A stretch of DNA of 64,000 nucleotides from NCBI GenBank assembly GCA_964019335.1, contig OZ025652.1, positions 620,001 to 684,000 of the forward strand. Reading direction: 5' to 3'. The notes beneath the pieces were generated by a model. The model was not told the origin of the DNA. It searched no databases and saw only the letters and a list, made by a program, of their open reading frames with translations. Position numbers and translations under genes: made by a program. Below are positions 1 through 12,200 of this stretch, piece by piece (the first letter of the stretch is position 1; each line of letters starts with the position of its first letter). Source of the DNA: Diplonema japonicum. Taxonomy: Eukaryota > Protista > Euglenozoa: Diplonemea.

Positions 1-427
1 TGAAGGGGGATAAGAACCGTAAATATTTCCTCATTATTTTTATTTTTTTTCGAAATCGTGGCATCAATCTGCTTTCAAAGCACCGGCTTTTTCGAGGACA
101 AGGTCATGGGAAGGGGAGGTGGGGGAGGGGGGGAGGTAGGCAACGAGAGTAAAGCTCCTTCACCTATTTCACACCGAACTGAAAAAAAAAAGATCAAAAA
201 GGCTGCGGAGTACGAACACTAAACAAAGGTCTCATTTCATGAAGTTCTTTTTTTCTTTTTTCGAATTTTATTTTCTGAAACAATAATAATAATAAAAAAA
301 GAAGCGTCCTCACCCTCAATTTCCTTTGGCGTAAGAAGTGGCCAGAGTGAATTAAAACTCGAGAAACACTGGAAAGAAAAAAAGCAAAAGGAAGAAGTTC
401 AGATATCTATCAGCACCGCTCCCCCGC

Positions 428-3400
428 TCATGCAGGTGACATAGGAAGGTCCTCGCTGAGGTAGTTGATGTCGTCCACAGGGTGGCGGTAGAGGCCCTGC
501 TTGAGACGCTTCTGGTCGAGGAAGTGTCCGATGAAGCCCGCGGTCCTCCCCATCACGAAGAGGCCGTTCAGGGTGCCGTTGGCGATGGCCTCGTCGGCCT
601 CCTGCCTCGTGAAGTGTCCGCAGCTCCTCAGAAGGTCGACGAAGGCGCAGGCGATGCACCCGTCCACGTTCAGGATCAGGTTCCCCTTCTTCTTTGTCGT
701 CACCTCCTCCACGGCGAGCGCGAAGTCCAAGATGTCGGTCGACGGGAAGTGCTTCTTCGCGAACTCCTTCACGATCGTCACACGCATGTCAGGGTTGTGG
801 ATAGACTTCAGCTTGTGCCCGATCCCCATGATCAGCTTGTTCTCCCTCTTCATGTTGGTCACGAAGTTCTCTGCGCTCACCCCGGTGTCGAAAGCGTTCG
901 CGAACATCTCTGCCGCCTCGTCAAGAGCTCCCCCGAAGCGGGGCCCGATCGTCAGCAGACCGCTCACAAGCGACGACACGAGGTCCTTCCCAGCACGCGC
1001 CGTCACGATCGTGTTGTGCGCTCCGGACACCGCAGGGCCGTGGTCCGCCGTCACCATCAGCACGATTTCAATGAACTTTGCAGCGTAGGCAGGGAGCCTC
1101 CTCCTGAACCAGAGGAGGGACAGGACACCCCCGACACCGATGTCCTCCTCGAACACCTTGCTGATGGGCATCCCGGCGTAGGTGAGCTCCTCCCCACGCT
1201 CGTCCACAATGGAGGACAGGAAGGCTGCAGGCTTTCGGATCAGACCGAGCTTCTTCGCCCAAGAGTAGTCCATCGGGACCTGGGGGGGCTCCGGCTCCGC
1301 TTCGCACACCACCACCTTCTTTTCCAGCAGGCTCTTGAAAACTTCCGTGATCTTGTCCCCGAAGGTGTCGAAGCTGCTGGGAACGTTCGCTCCAGCCGCT
1401 GCCATCGCCGCGTTCTTCGCCGCCGCCGTCTCCAGCTGGCTCCTCGCGAGCGCCCCGGCGTGCCCGAACTGCACCTCGAACGAGAAGCACTTCGCGCAGG
1501 TTCCAACGCACCACGCCACGAGGGGCTTTGTGATGCGCCCGTCCTTGATCGCCTCACAAACGTCATACTCGTCCGTTCCACCGACCTCCCCGAGAAGCAC
1601 CAGCAGCTTGATGTTCGGGTTCTTCTCGTACCTCAGAAGCACATCCAAGAAGCGCGTCCCAGGGTACCTGTCACCCCCGATGGCGAGACCCTCCGCCACA
1701 CCGTCCGCACTCCGCGAAACAATGTTGTTCAACTCGTTCGACATCCCACCAGACTTCGACACGTAGCCGACGGATCCAGGGCGGTACAGCTTGCACGCCA
1801 CGATGTTCTCAATCGCACCACCAGTGTTCCCGACACGGAAGGCGCCGGGTTGCAGACCTCCGACAGTCGCCGGCCCGATGAAGTTCACGCACCTGCGCTC
1901 GGCCTCCTTGATCAGGAGACGGGTCTGCCTCTCGGGCACACCCTCCGCGATCACCGCCACAGTCTTGATCTGTCCGCTGTGGCCAAGGGCTTCCATGGTG
2001 GAGGCGAAGGCACTCCTGTACGAGGCGAAGTTCACCATCACGCTCACGTCGGGGTGGATGCGGAGGGCTGTCTCCAGCTTGCTGTAGCAGGGGAGCATGA
2101 TTTCCTTCCCACCCCAGTACACCCTCTGCGAGTGGTCTCCGGAGAAGGGGAAAACGATGGCCGCAACGGAAGGCTTGTCCCTCTTGCACAGGAAGTCGAA
2201 GTCGAGCATCTGCTGCACCGCCTGAAGCTGCATTCCGTACACAATCGCACGGGTGGTGTTCGAGAACATCCCGGAGGGGGTCCCTGTAACCCTCTTCCCA
2301 GGGCCGAAGCCGGTCGAGATCTGGGACGCGTCCTTCGGCTCGCTGAGCCCGAGTGCGTACGAGACAACAGCAGTCATGTGGGTCTCGGGACCGTGGACCT
2401 TGATCGGGAGGTCCAGGGACACCGCAGTCGCCCGCATGAGCTTCAAACCCTCCTGCCAGTTAGGCCCAGCTCTCCTCACCCAGATCTTGGCGTTCACAGC
2501 CGCAAGCTTGTCCCTGAACTCGGTGAGAGCCCTCACGATCCCCTTGAAGGTGGCCGCCACGTCCGTGAAGTTCGCGATACCACCACCGATGATGAGGACC
2601 TTGTCCCGCCCTTCCGCATCCGGTTCGTTCGTCATCAGTTTCAAGACAGTCTTTGCGTACTCGTAGGTGAGGGTCTCGTTGGGGGCGCCGCTGTACTCCC
2701 CGTAGTTCGCAAGCTCCTTTCCGAAGCCGAGGTCCGTCACGGTGTCCGCGTAGATCACGGAGGCACCACCACCCGCCACCATGAGCCACACACGGCCCTT
2801 GGGGTTCAGGATCGTCAGCTTCAGGGAAGCACCGGTCTTCGCATCCAGACCGTGGATGAAGGCCTCCTCAGGGTGGGGTGCCCTCCCGAAGGGAGCAGGG
2901 AACTCAAGGGGACCCCACATCTTGTCGCACTCGAAGTGGGCCGCCTCGTCGATCTTCGCCGCCATGTCGAGGGCGAAGCACGCTCCGTTCTTCACAACAA
3001 GGGGGTTGATCTCCAAGTACACGAAGTGGTACTGGGTGAACATCTGGAACAGGTGCGACAGGAAGGACGCCACACAGGGACGTGTGGCTTCGGGGAGCTC
3101 CGTCAGGAGGGCCGCAGAGAGCTCCGCCTCTGTCGGGCTCGCCCCGATGGGGTTCAGGTACCTCTTCGCCTTCGCGTCCACGTCACCCACCTCGACACCA
3201 CCCTCGTGGTAGAACATGAACTCCTCACCGTCCCTCGTTGACTGGATGCAGATGTACACCTCCTCGGACTGCTCGTGCGGGAGGAAGGGTTCTACGAGGA
3301 ACCTGTTCAGCTTTGCCGCTACGTTGTCAGCCACAACTTCCTTGTCCATCCTCTCCGAGATCCACGTCTTCGCCGCAGACCAGTCAGCGTTCAAGAGGAT

Positions 3401-3610
3401 CAAACCACCCTTCCCACGCCTCTTGATCAGCTGGTCGGGCTTCGCCACGAGCTTCTCCTCCGCCAACCAAGGGTGAGCTCCCTGCAGAGTCTCCAGGTCC
3501 GTCTCCGGCGTGATCAGCACCTGCCTCCCCTTCCACGACGCACCCCGGGTGCTCAAGTATTCTGTCAACAACCTCTTCCCATCGTACTCACGAATAGCTT
3601 TCGCAGACAT
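428..3610 (-). CDS. ACLY: ATP-citrate lyase, single-chain (fused) form, copy 1
   Basis: 1060-aa intronless ORF: MSAKAIREY start, KPDQLIKRRGK, VAGGGASV, NYGEYSGAP, phospho-His QFGHAGA, ADHGPAVSG, QGLYRHP. Confidence 0.96.
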   Translation of the reverse strand: MSAKAIREYDGKRLLTEYLSTRGASWKGRQVLITPETDLETLQGAHPWLAEEKLVAKPDQLIKRRGKGGLILLNADWSAAKTWISERMDKEVVADNVAAKLNRFLVEPFLPHEQSEEVYICIQSTRDGEEFMFYHEGGVEVGDVDAKAKRYLNPIGASPTEAELSAALLTELPEATRPCVASFLSHLFQMFTQYHFVYLEINPLVVKNGACFALDMAAKIDEAAHFECDKMWGPLEFPAPFGRAPHPEEAFIHGLDAKTGASLKLTILNPKGRVWLMVAGGGASVIYADTVTDLGFGKELANYGEYSGAPNETLTYEYAKTVLKLMTNEPDAEGRDKVLIIGGGIANFTDVAATFKGIVRALTEFRDKLAAVNAKIWVRRAGPNWQEGLKLMRATAVSLDLPIKVHGPETHMTAVVSYALGLSEPKDASQISTGFGPGKRVTGTPSGMFSNTTRAIVYGMQLQAVQQMLDFDFLCKRDKPSVAAIVFPFSGDHSQRVYWGGKEIMLPCYSKLETALRIHPDVSVMVNFASYRSAFASTMEALGHSGQIKTVAVIAEGVPERQTRLLIKEAERRCVNFIGPATVGGLQPGAFRVGNTGGAIENIVACKLYRPGSVGYVSKSGGMSNELNNIVSRSADGVAEGLAIGGDRYPGTRFLDVLLRYEKNPNIKLLVLLGEVGGTDEYDVCEAIKDGRITKPLVAWCVGTCAKCFSFEVQFGHAGALARSQLETAAAKNAAMAAAGANVPSSFDTFGDKITEVFKSLLEKKVVVCEAEPEPPQVPMDYSWAKKLGLIRKPAAFLSSIVDERGEELTYAGMPISKVFEEDIGVGGVLSLLWFRRRLPAYAAKFIEIVLMVTADHGPAVSGAHNTIVTARAGKDLVSSLVSGLLTIGPRFGGALDEAAEMFANAFDTGVSAENFVTNMKRENKLIMGIGHKLKSIHNPDMRVTIVKEFAKKHFPSTDILDFALAVEEVTTKKKGNLILNVDGCIACAFVDLLRSCGHFTRQEADEAIANGTLNGLFVMGRTAGFIGHFLDQKRLKQGLYRHPVDDINYLSEDLPMSPA

Positions 3611-4447
3611 GGTTTGGTGACTAAGATTTGTGTCCTGTGTAGGTACGTTAGACAGCAGGAAGATACCATCAGTGAAAAGAAAACGTGGTACTTAAGGGTC
3701 ACTCCACGTGAGGACCGCCCTTGAAAGGAAAAAGAAGGGGGGGGGGGGGGGGGAACAAATGAAATGAACAAAATGAAGAAAAATTGAGAGGAAGAAACGA
3801 AAACATCAAATAAAAAGAAGAAGAAAAAGACAAGTACAAGAAACAGGATCGAGGGGAAGGGGTGGGAGAAAGCGGGGAAGAGAGAATGGAAAAAAAAAGT
3901 AAATAGGAAAAGGAAATAAAAAAAAAAAAAAAAAAAAAGGCGCACACTGAAGCAGTCAACACATGCACCCTTTGGGAACGGTTGGCGTGTCAGAAAGAAA
4001 AATGCTGCCTTTTCGTTGTTTTAAAGATCTTTTTTGCGTACTAATCTGTCGAGAAGAAAAAAAATGGGTAGATGTCTTATTGCAAAACGCTCCCCATTTG
4101 TTAGCGAATCACAGAGTAACACATAAAAGGGCGGAAGGGAAAAAAAAAAAGAAGAAGAAAAAACAGGTGTGTAGGCACAACAGAGCGTGCGGTGTGGGTT
4201 CTTCCAAGAAAATAAATTGCGCGGAAAGAAAACAAGAAAAAAAAAAGAAAAAAAAGTGCCCATATATAAAGAAACTCTGACGGGTGTAGCAAAGAAGGGT
4301 ACAGCAAGGGTAACGGGAGAAGAAAGTAAAAGAAAAGAAAAGATAACAGCAACATCATTGAAGGGGGAGAAGTAATCTCGGGTAGGTCTACCACAGGACT
4401 CATAACGGGGATGGCAACTTTGGATACGTTTTTTTTTTTTTTTTTTT

Positions 4448-5151
4448 TTTTATTTCACTCTTCAGAAATTACTTCACGCACTGGGGGGCCCATTACTTCA
4501 CGCTAAATCTCATTACTTCACGCTAAATCTCATTACTTCACGGTGAAATAATGGCCTGTTTTCCGTGAAGTAATAGGGGGTTTCCGTTAAATAATATGCC
4601 TCGGTGGGCCAATTTTTGCCTCGGTTCGGTTCCCAGTGGGGCTACTTTTTCCTCTCAGTTTGCTATTTCCCCCCAGGTTCAGCTCAATTGGCCAACTTTT
4701 GCCTCGGCTCAGTTCCAAGTTGGACTACTTTTTCCTCCCAATTTGCCCACTTTTGGCTAGGCCTTGTTCCCAGTTTCTGTGGGTAACTCTTCTGTGGGTA
4801 AGGGTAACTTAGTCAGCTTACCCAAGCACCCCAAAAGACTTCAAAATACCGAAGCAGCAGAAAAAAAGGAGCCAGCGGCCGCGCTAGGTATGGGAAGGCC
4901 TGATTAGAGATGGTGACAGTGGCAATGCCAGCGACAGCGGCAGCTCTTAGTCAACAAAAGGAGGAAAAACAACTTGTATTGTAACCTTGGTAACCCCTCT
5001 CTTGTTGTACCCCTTGTCACCCTGTTGTGCCCCTCGTGGTGAAGTAATTTCAGAGTGTCGTGAAATAAAACCACTTACCTACCGCCAAGTAATGCTTTAC
5101 CGACCTCTCGAGGTAACGGTAAAGTCATTACTTGTTGGCAGTAAATAGCTA
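4448..5151 (+). mobile_element. Non-autonomous Helentron/Helitron2-like element, family A copy 1, in a poly(T) tract
   Basis: Near-identical to 60848-61539. 5' TTTTATTTCAC..GAAATTACTTCAC is inverted at 5039-5070, followed by a hairpin (about 5079-5141). 20-bp tandem repeats; T23 on the left, T6 on the right; no coding capacity. Confidence 0.7.
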
Positions 5152-5918
5152 TTTTTTGTTTGTTTCTCTCATTAATTTTTATTCGGGGCTTTTTTTTGCT
5201 TCTTATTTACGTTTTTTTTTTTTTTTTTTTTTTTTTTTGTTTCCCCCTTTTTCCCTATCTTTTGCTTTGCATTTTTTTTTTTCTTGAGGCAACTGCTGCA
5301 CACACAATGGGTTGGCTGCTGCAGGTACTCCAACAAGTTTGAAATAATAATTTACAGGGTTTTACTTTTTTCTTTCTCTTCTTTTTTTCGAATTTTAAAA
5401 ATTCCTAAAAAAAAAAAATTGGGGAGTTTACCCCCTCCCTTGCTGCAAACATCTTTGCTTTCCGTCTTGTTTCTTTCGTTCCTCAAAACACAGCAGGTGC
5501 AGGGTATTGAGGAAACAAACAAAAAAAGAAATGGACAAAAGGCAATGGAAAGAAAAGTTGATTTCCTTTTATTTTATATTTTGTTTCTCGATCGGAGGGA
5601 AAGAAAAGGTACAATTAAATATTTTTTTTAAAAAATGGCGGGAGGAAATAGATAAAAAAGGCATTTTAGGTTCGCCTCCATGCCACCTTTCGTCAATGGA
5701 AGAGAGAAAGTAATGACTAGAAACTACGACGATTAAGGTTTGCATTTTCTCGCTCACCAGATAGTCTGCAGCACAGAAATGAAAACTATCGCCTCGTGGA
5801 GCATAAGTTTACCTTCTTTTTTTCTTTTTTTATTTTCCCCCTCTTGCAGATGCCCAACGGTATGGCGTAACAGTGGCACAACCATTTCGGCACTCAGCAC
5901 TCAACGGGGTAGAGCTTT

Positions 5919-8900
5919 CTAAGCAGAGGCGTTGTTGCTTGCCATAGGCGAAGCAAGGTCCTCGCTGAGGTAGTTGATGTCGTCCACAGGGTGGCGGTAG
6001 AGGCCCTGCTTGAGACGCTTCTGGTCGAGGAAGTGTCCGATGAAGCCCGCGGTCCTCCCCATCACGAAGAGGCCGTTCAGGGTGCCGTTGGCGATGGCCT
6101 CGTCGGCCTCCTGCCTCGTGAAGTGTCCGCAGCTCCTCAGAAGGTCGACGAAGGCGCAGGCGATGCACCCGTCCACGTTCAGGATCAGGTTCCCCTTCTT
6201 CTTTGTCGTCACCTCCTCCACGGCGAGCGCGAAGTCCAAGATGTCGGTCGACGGGAAGTGCTTCTTCGCGAACTCCTTCACGATCGTCACACGCATGTCA
6301 GGGTTGTGGATAGACTTCAGCTTGTGCCCGATCCCCATGATCAGCTTGTTCTCCCTCTTCATGTTGGTCACGAAGTTCTCTGCGCTCACCCCGGTGTCGA
6401 AAGCGTTCGCGAACATCTCTGCCGCCTCGTCAAGAGCTCCCCCGAAGCGGGGCCCGATCGTCAGCAGACCGCTCACAAGCGACGACACGAGGTCCTTCCC
6501 AGCACGCGCCGTCACGATCGTGTTGTGCGCTCCGGACACCGCAGGGCCGTGGTCCGCCGTCACCATCAGCACGATTTCAATGAACTTTGCAGCGTAGGCA
6601 GGGAGCCTCCTCCTGAACCAGAGGAGGGACAGGACACCCCCGACACCGATGTCCTCCTCGAACACCTTGCTGATGGGCATCCCGGCGTAGGTGAGCTCCT
6701 CCCCACGCTCGTCCACAATGGAGGACAGGAAGGCTGCAGGCTTTCGGATCAGACCGAGCTTCTTCGCCCAAGAGTAGTCCATCGGGACCTGGGGGGGCTC
6801 CGGCTCCGCTTCGCACACCACCACCTTCTTTTCCAGCAGGCTCTTGAAAACTTCCGTGATCTTGTCCCCGAAGGTGTCGAAGCTGCTGGGAACGTTCGCT
6901 CCAGCCGCTGCCATCGCCGCGTTCTTCGCCGCCGCCGTCTCCAGCTGGCTCCTCGCGAGCGCCCCGGCGTGCCCGAACTGCACCTCGAACGAGAAGCACT
7001 TCGCGCAGGTTCCAACGCACCACGCCACGAGGGGCTTTGTGATGCGCCCGTCCTTGATCGCCTCACAAACGTCATACTCGTCCGTTCCACCGACCTCCCC
7101 GAGAAGCACCAGCAGCTTGATGTTCGGGTTCTTCTCGTACCTCAGAAGCACATCCAAGAAGCGCGTCCCAGGGTACCTGTCACCCCCGATGGCGAGACCC
7201 TCCGCCACACCGTCCGCACTCCGCGAAACAATGTTGTTCAACTCGTTCGACATCCCACCAGACTTCGACACGTAGCCGACGGATCCAGGGCGGTACAGCT
7301 TGCACGCCACGATGTTCTCAATCGCACCACCAGTGTTCCCGACACGGAAGGCGCCGGGTTGCAGACCTCCGACAGTCGCCGGCCCGATGAAGTTCACGCA
7401 CCTGCGCTCGGCCTCCTTGATCAGGAGACGGGTCTGCCTCTCGGGCACACCCTCCGCGATCACCGCCACAGTCTTGATCTGTCCGCTGTGGCCAAGGGCT
7501 TCCATGGTGGAGGCGAAGGCACTCCTGTACGAGGCGAAGTTCACCATCACGCTCACGTCGGGGTGGATGCGGAGGGCTGTCTCCAGCTTGCTGTAGCAGG
7601 GGAGCATGATTTCCTTCCCACCCCAGTACACCCTCTGCGAGTGGTCTCCGGAGAAGGGGAAAACGATGGCCGCAACGGAAGGCTTGTCCCTCTTGCACAG
7701 GAAGTCGAAGTCGAGCATCTGCTGCACCGCCTGAAGCTGCATTCCGTACACAATCGCACGGGTGGTGTTCGAGAACATCCCGGAGGGGGTCCCTGTAACC
7801 CTCTTCCCAGGGCCGAAGCCGGTCGAGATCTGGGACGCGTCCTTCGGCTCGCTGAGCCCGAGTGCGTACGAGACAACAGCAGTCATGTGGGTCTCGGGAC
7901 CGTGGACCTTGATCGGGAGGTCCAGGGACACCGCAGTCGCCCGCATGAGCTTCAAACCCTCCTGCCAGTTAGGCCCAGCTCTCCTCACCCAGATCTTGGC
8001 GTTCACAGCCGCAAGCTTGTCCCTGAACTCGGTGAGAGCCCTCACGATCCCCTTGAAGGTGGCCGCCACGTCCGTGAAGTTCGCGATACCACCACCGATG
8101 ATGAGGACCTTGTCCCGCCCTTCCGCATCCGGTTCGTTCGTCATCAGTTTCAAGACAGTCTTTGCGTACTCGTAGGTGAGGGTCTCGTTGGGGGCGCCGC
8201 TGTACTCCCCGTAGTTCGCAAGCTCCTTTCCGAAGCCGAGGTCCGTCACGGTGTCCGCGTAGATCACGGAGGCACCACCACCCGCCACCATGAGCCACAC
8301 ACGGCCCTTGGGGTTCAGGATCGTCAGCTTCAGGGAAGCACCGGTCTTCGCATCCAGACCGTGGATGAAGGCCTCCTCAGGGTGGGGTGCCCTCCCGAAG
8401 GGAGCAGGGAACTCAAGGGGACCCCACATCTTGTCGCACTCGAAGTGGGCCGCCTCGTCGATCTTCGCCGCCATGTCGAGGGCGAAGCACGCTCCGTTCT
8501 TCACAACAAGGGGGTTGATCTCCAAGTACACGAAGTGGTACTGGGTGAACATCTGGAACAGGTGCGACAGGAAGGACGCCACACAGGGACGTGTGGCTTC
8601 GGGGAGCTCCGTCAGGAGGGCCGCAGAGAGCTCCGCCTCTGTCGGGCTCGCCCCGATGGGGTTCAGGTACCTCTTCGCCTTCGCGTCCACGTCACCCACC
8701 TCGACACCACCCTCGTGGTAGAACATGAACTCCTCACCGTCCCTCGTTGACTGGATGCAGATGTACACCTCCTCGGACTGCTCGTGCGGGAGGAAGGGTT
8801 CTACGAGGAACCTGTTCAGCTTTGCCGCTACGTTGTCAGCCACAACTTCCTTGTCCATCCTCTCCGAGATCCACGTCTTCGCCGCAGACCAGTCAGCGTT

Positions 8901-9119
8901 CAAGAGGATCAAACCACCCTTCCCACGCCTCTTGATCAGCTGGTCGGGCTTCGCCACGAGCTTCTCCTCCGCCAACCAAGGGTGAGCTCCCTGCAGAGTC
9001 TCCAGGTCCGTCTCCGGCGTGATCAGCACCTGCCTCCCCTTCCACGACGCACCCCGGGTGCTCAAGTATTCTGTCAACAACCTCTTCCCATCGTACTCAC
9101 GAATAGCTTTCGCAGACAT
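5919..9119 (-). CDS. ACLY: ATP-citrate lyase, single-chain form, copy 2
   Basis: 1066-aa ORF with the same translation as copy 1 except the C-terminal residues after SEDL. Confidence 0.96.
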   Translation of the reverse strand: MSAKAIREYDGKRLLTEYLSTRGASWKGRQVLITPETDLETLQGAHPWLAEEKLVAKPDQLIKRRGKGGLILLNADWSAAKTWISERMDKEVVADNVAAKLNRFLVEPFLPHEQSEEVYICIQSTRDGEEFMFYHEGGVEVGDVDAKAKRYLNPIGASPTEAELSAALLTELPEATRPCVASFLSHLFQMFTQYHFVYLEINPLVVKNGACFALDMAAKIDEAAHFECDKMWGPLEFPAPFGRAPHPEEAFIHGLDAKTGASLKLTILNPKGRVWLMVAGGGASVIYADTVTDLGFGKELANYGEYSGAPNETLTYEYAKTVLKLMTNEPDAEGRDKVLIIGGGIANFTDVAATFKGIVRALTEFRDKLAAVNAKIWVRRAGPNWQEGLKLMRATAVSLDLPIKVHGPETHMTAVVSYALGLSEPKDASQISTGFGPGKRVTGTPSGMFSNTTRAIVYGMQLQAVQQMLDFDFLCKRDKPSVAAIVFPFSGDHSQRVYWGGKEIMLPCYSKLETALRIHPDVSVMVNFASYRSAFASTMEALGHSGQIKTVAVIAEGVPERQTRLLIKEAERRCVNFIGPATVGGLQPGAFRVGNTGGAIENIVACKLYRPGSVGYVSKSGGMSNELNNIVSRSADGVAEGLAIGGDRYPGTRFLDVLLRYEKNPNIKLLVLLGEVGGTDEYDVCEAIKDGRITKPLVAWCVGTCAKCFSFEVQFGHAGALARSQLETAAAKNAAMAAAGANVPSSFDTFGDKITEVFKSLLEKKVVVCEAEPEPPQVPMDYSWAKKLGLIRKPAAFLSSIVDERGEELTYAGMPISKVFEEDIGVGGVLSLLWFRRRLPAYAAKFIEIVLMVTADHGPAVSGAHNTIVTARAGKDLVSSLVSGLLTIGPRFGGALDEAAEMFANAFDTGVSAENFVTNMKRENKLIMGIGHKLKSIHNPDMRVTIVKEFAKKHFPSTDILDFALAVEEVTTKKKGNLILNVDGCIACAFVDLLRSCGHFTRQEADEAIANGTLNGLFVMGRTAGFIGHFLDQKRLKQGLYRHPVDDINYLSEDLASPMASNNASA

Positions 9120-9210
9120 GGTTTGGTGACTAAGATTTGTGTCCTGTGTAATTATGTATAGGAATGTTACGAGTATTTGGTAGACAAGAAAAGAACTGCA
9201 AAGTAATCAT

Positions 9211-12200
9211 CTAAGACTGATGCTTTGACAGGAGTGTGTCCGTGACCTTCAAAATCTGACCGCTGACATGAAGCGAGATAGTGACTGTAAAGAACACTGT
9301 AGGTTCAGCATCGGTCTCGATATAGACACTTCTGAGGACCTGCTGCAGTATGTCGGAGGGGACCTTCGAACCTTTGAAGAAGATGAGCTGTGTGAGTGTA
9401 GGGTGCAGCATGGTGCATACCTCAAGGCTTGTGTCCATGGCAATGGATGTACCTGTTTTAGAGCGTTTCCAGTACAGCTCGTGGTCGTTCCTAACAGTGA
9501 TGAATTTCGCGATGCTTGAAGTGAGACAGAAGTCTGCGGGCCACGGAAGGGGCGATGCTGGTGACGCCCCGTTGCTCACCGAGATGTGCATCGTACACTC
9601 CGAAGTCGAGGGCAGCGACACCTTCGCCATATTGAATGGTCTCTTAACTTTACCACGCACATCGGATGGACACCCCGAAAGATCAACGAACGGTTCATAC
9701 AGATCGATATTTATAGGAACACGCACTGTCTGTGATGCTTTCTTGTCTTTGATACTGATCCCGAGACACCGTGAAGTGTGTGGCTCGCGCTTCGCTTCGT
9801 TTTTGTACGTTATGCCCCGAACGATCTGTTCAAGACAGGCCAGAGGCATCTGCTTGAATATGATCTTGAACTGGTTCTTGCCAAGGCCACCGTCGCGGGC
9901 TTTTTTACTGAATGTGCCCACTATTACCGACTTCCATGTGATGTCTACCGATTGCTGTTTTTTCTTGTCGTCGCCGTTGATCTCGTTGACGACAAGGCAT
10001 AGATCGTCCGTCTCGAGAATGCTGAGCATGTCGCTCTTGGAATGGCCTGAGAGGAAGGACACAAGCAAGTACCCTTCAGGACCGTCGAAGATTGGTGTGT
10101 CTGGGTCTGTAACAATGGCGTTGTCGGCAATCTTTAGTTCATCGTGGGAGCCAAGCGCGTAGCACAGCTTGTCGGTCACCAGCTGCACCTCAGTAAGATC
10201 GTCGGTTGCAAGGACATCTACGATGGTGGTCACTACGCTCGACCAACTGTCGTCTTCATTCTCACTGTACATGATCTCTATCGTCCGCGGCTCTGTAGCA
10301 GGATCGTCGCTATCGTTCAAGAACCCAAACGACCGCACGATCAACTCCAAGTGCCGCCCCGTCGTGCACCCGTCCGCATCAAAGACAACACTCAGGTCGG
10401 TGTTCGTTTTGTTCACTATCCCCAGCGGTCCCTCTGTGTCCTTCCCCTTTGTTCCAACTCCAGTTAAAAACAACGCCCCGTCTTCTTTCACGACCCACTT
10501 CCCCCCACCATCGACATCTATAAAGTGCAGCTCGTCACTCTCACACACTTCAAGGATCTTGCAGCAGACCATCCCTTTCGTGATGGTCTCGTCCGGTCTG
10601 TAGCTGCACTTGATGTGCTTGTTGATCGGCTTCAAGCCTGCGTTCTCTGAATACTTCCACGTTGTTGCAAATGGCGGCGCCCACAAAGTGGGACCATGCA
10701 CCATCACCTGCATCCTCAGCCTTGTGTCAGCGACAGGGCCGTCGCACGCATTGATTTTTACCTGGTAAAGCCGCTGACCGGTGTTTATCTTGCGCGAAGT
10801 TGATTCATAGCACAAGCAGCTCAGCACATATGACGCACGGTGAAGGGGTAGCTCATAGGGGCACATGAACTGAATCAACAGGTAAGTCGGGTGAGTTCCC
10901 TTGACGCCTGACCCCCGTGAGGACATAGATGCAACGTGCACGTTGTTAATGTACAGTGCGTCGCCCACTGCGGTCACCCAGGGGAGCTCAGCATCGGAGA
11001 AGCGTTGCTGGGCTTCTTCTGGAGTTATGCTCTGTGTGTCCAAAGCACGCGTCGCGGGGTCAGCATACTTCTGCCATGTTCTTGACTCGCCTTTCTGCAG
11101 CTTCGGGAGTTCTCCTGTTAGGACGTATCGAGCGTCCTGCTGCTCAAGAGTCAACACGTCAATCTTGTCCTGCCCATCACCACCGCCCACTAGCTCGACT
11201 GAGCAGTAGCCTCGGTTGAAGTTGTGCGAATCAGGGTCGACAAGCCTTACACCCGGCAAGAGCTCAAAGCCCCGAACTGCCGCTCGTGATCCTTGTCGAT
11301 ACAGAGTGGTCTTCGTGTCCACAAACAGCTCGGTCGAGTCGTTCACAGGTTGCACGTCGACTTCAATGCACTGCGACGAGACGCCTCTGAAGCCGTCGTA
11401 CACCGTTACCAGGACTACTTTATTCAGCAGTTGTGGGTCTTGAGTGGAGCTCTGGTATGTCAACGTCTTCAAAATGCCCTTCACGTGAGGCTCCAACCGC
11501 ACTATCCACCCACCGGCTACACACTTCGGATGCTTCTTGGGAGGGTTCATGTAAATAGAAGTTTCATTAGTATACGCAGGTGTTGGCGGAGAAGCAAAGG
11601 TCACTCTGAGAAGTCCCGGTCCTTTCGTAATGGTGCCTAACGTGACGCCTTGAACCACGCAGTCTGTTGTCATGCCCCGCAGACTTATGGTGTCTGCCGT
11701 CTCTAGGTCTTGCACGACCTTTGCCTCGATGAAAGCACCTGCGTAAATTTCGTCGTCCTTTTGTTCGATGAGCTCAAACGGTCCCAGCAGCACAGCGTCT
11801 GCTTGCTCTTTGAAAAGATGGGAATTAGGCATCTCCGGGTGCATGATCATAGGTGCGACGACTGCCAGTGTTGTAGAAACGGTGAGTTCGATGACGGGCT
11901 CCAGCCCCAGGTCGACTGTTAGCTTCAAGTTCCTCACCCCACGGTATCGCTTCCAGTCCTTACCGCCCCTGCAGTGGAAGATGAGACCCCTGATTATGGC
12001 TTCAGCAATTGACACTGTGCATTGTCCCGGGACGAAAGTAATGACGGCCTGTCGGTCTTCCTTTGAAAACACAGCAACGAAGCGGTTGGCGTGGATGATC
12101 TTTTGCAGCTTGCTAGTGTCGATGTCGGGGACCTCGTCCCTGTCTTGCGCTGTGAAGACGAACATATCATCAAAGACAGCATCGTCAAGATCGGCATCGT

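Noticed and set aside
3565-5922. F/K-rich short ORFs in intergenic DNA (also 45.8-47.0 kb, 60.3-60.8 kb and 63.2-64.0 kb)
   Set aside because: Low-complexity A/T tracts, not coding.
482-8750. 919-aa plus-strand ORFs opposite both ACLY copies
   Set aside because: Antisense shadow of a GC3-biased gene; no recognisable motifs.
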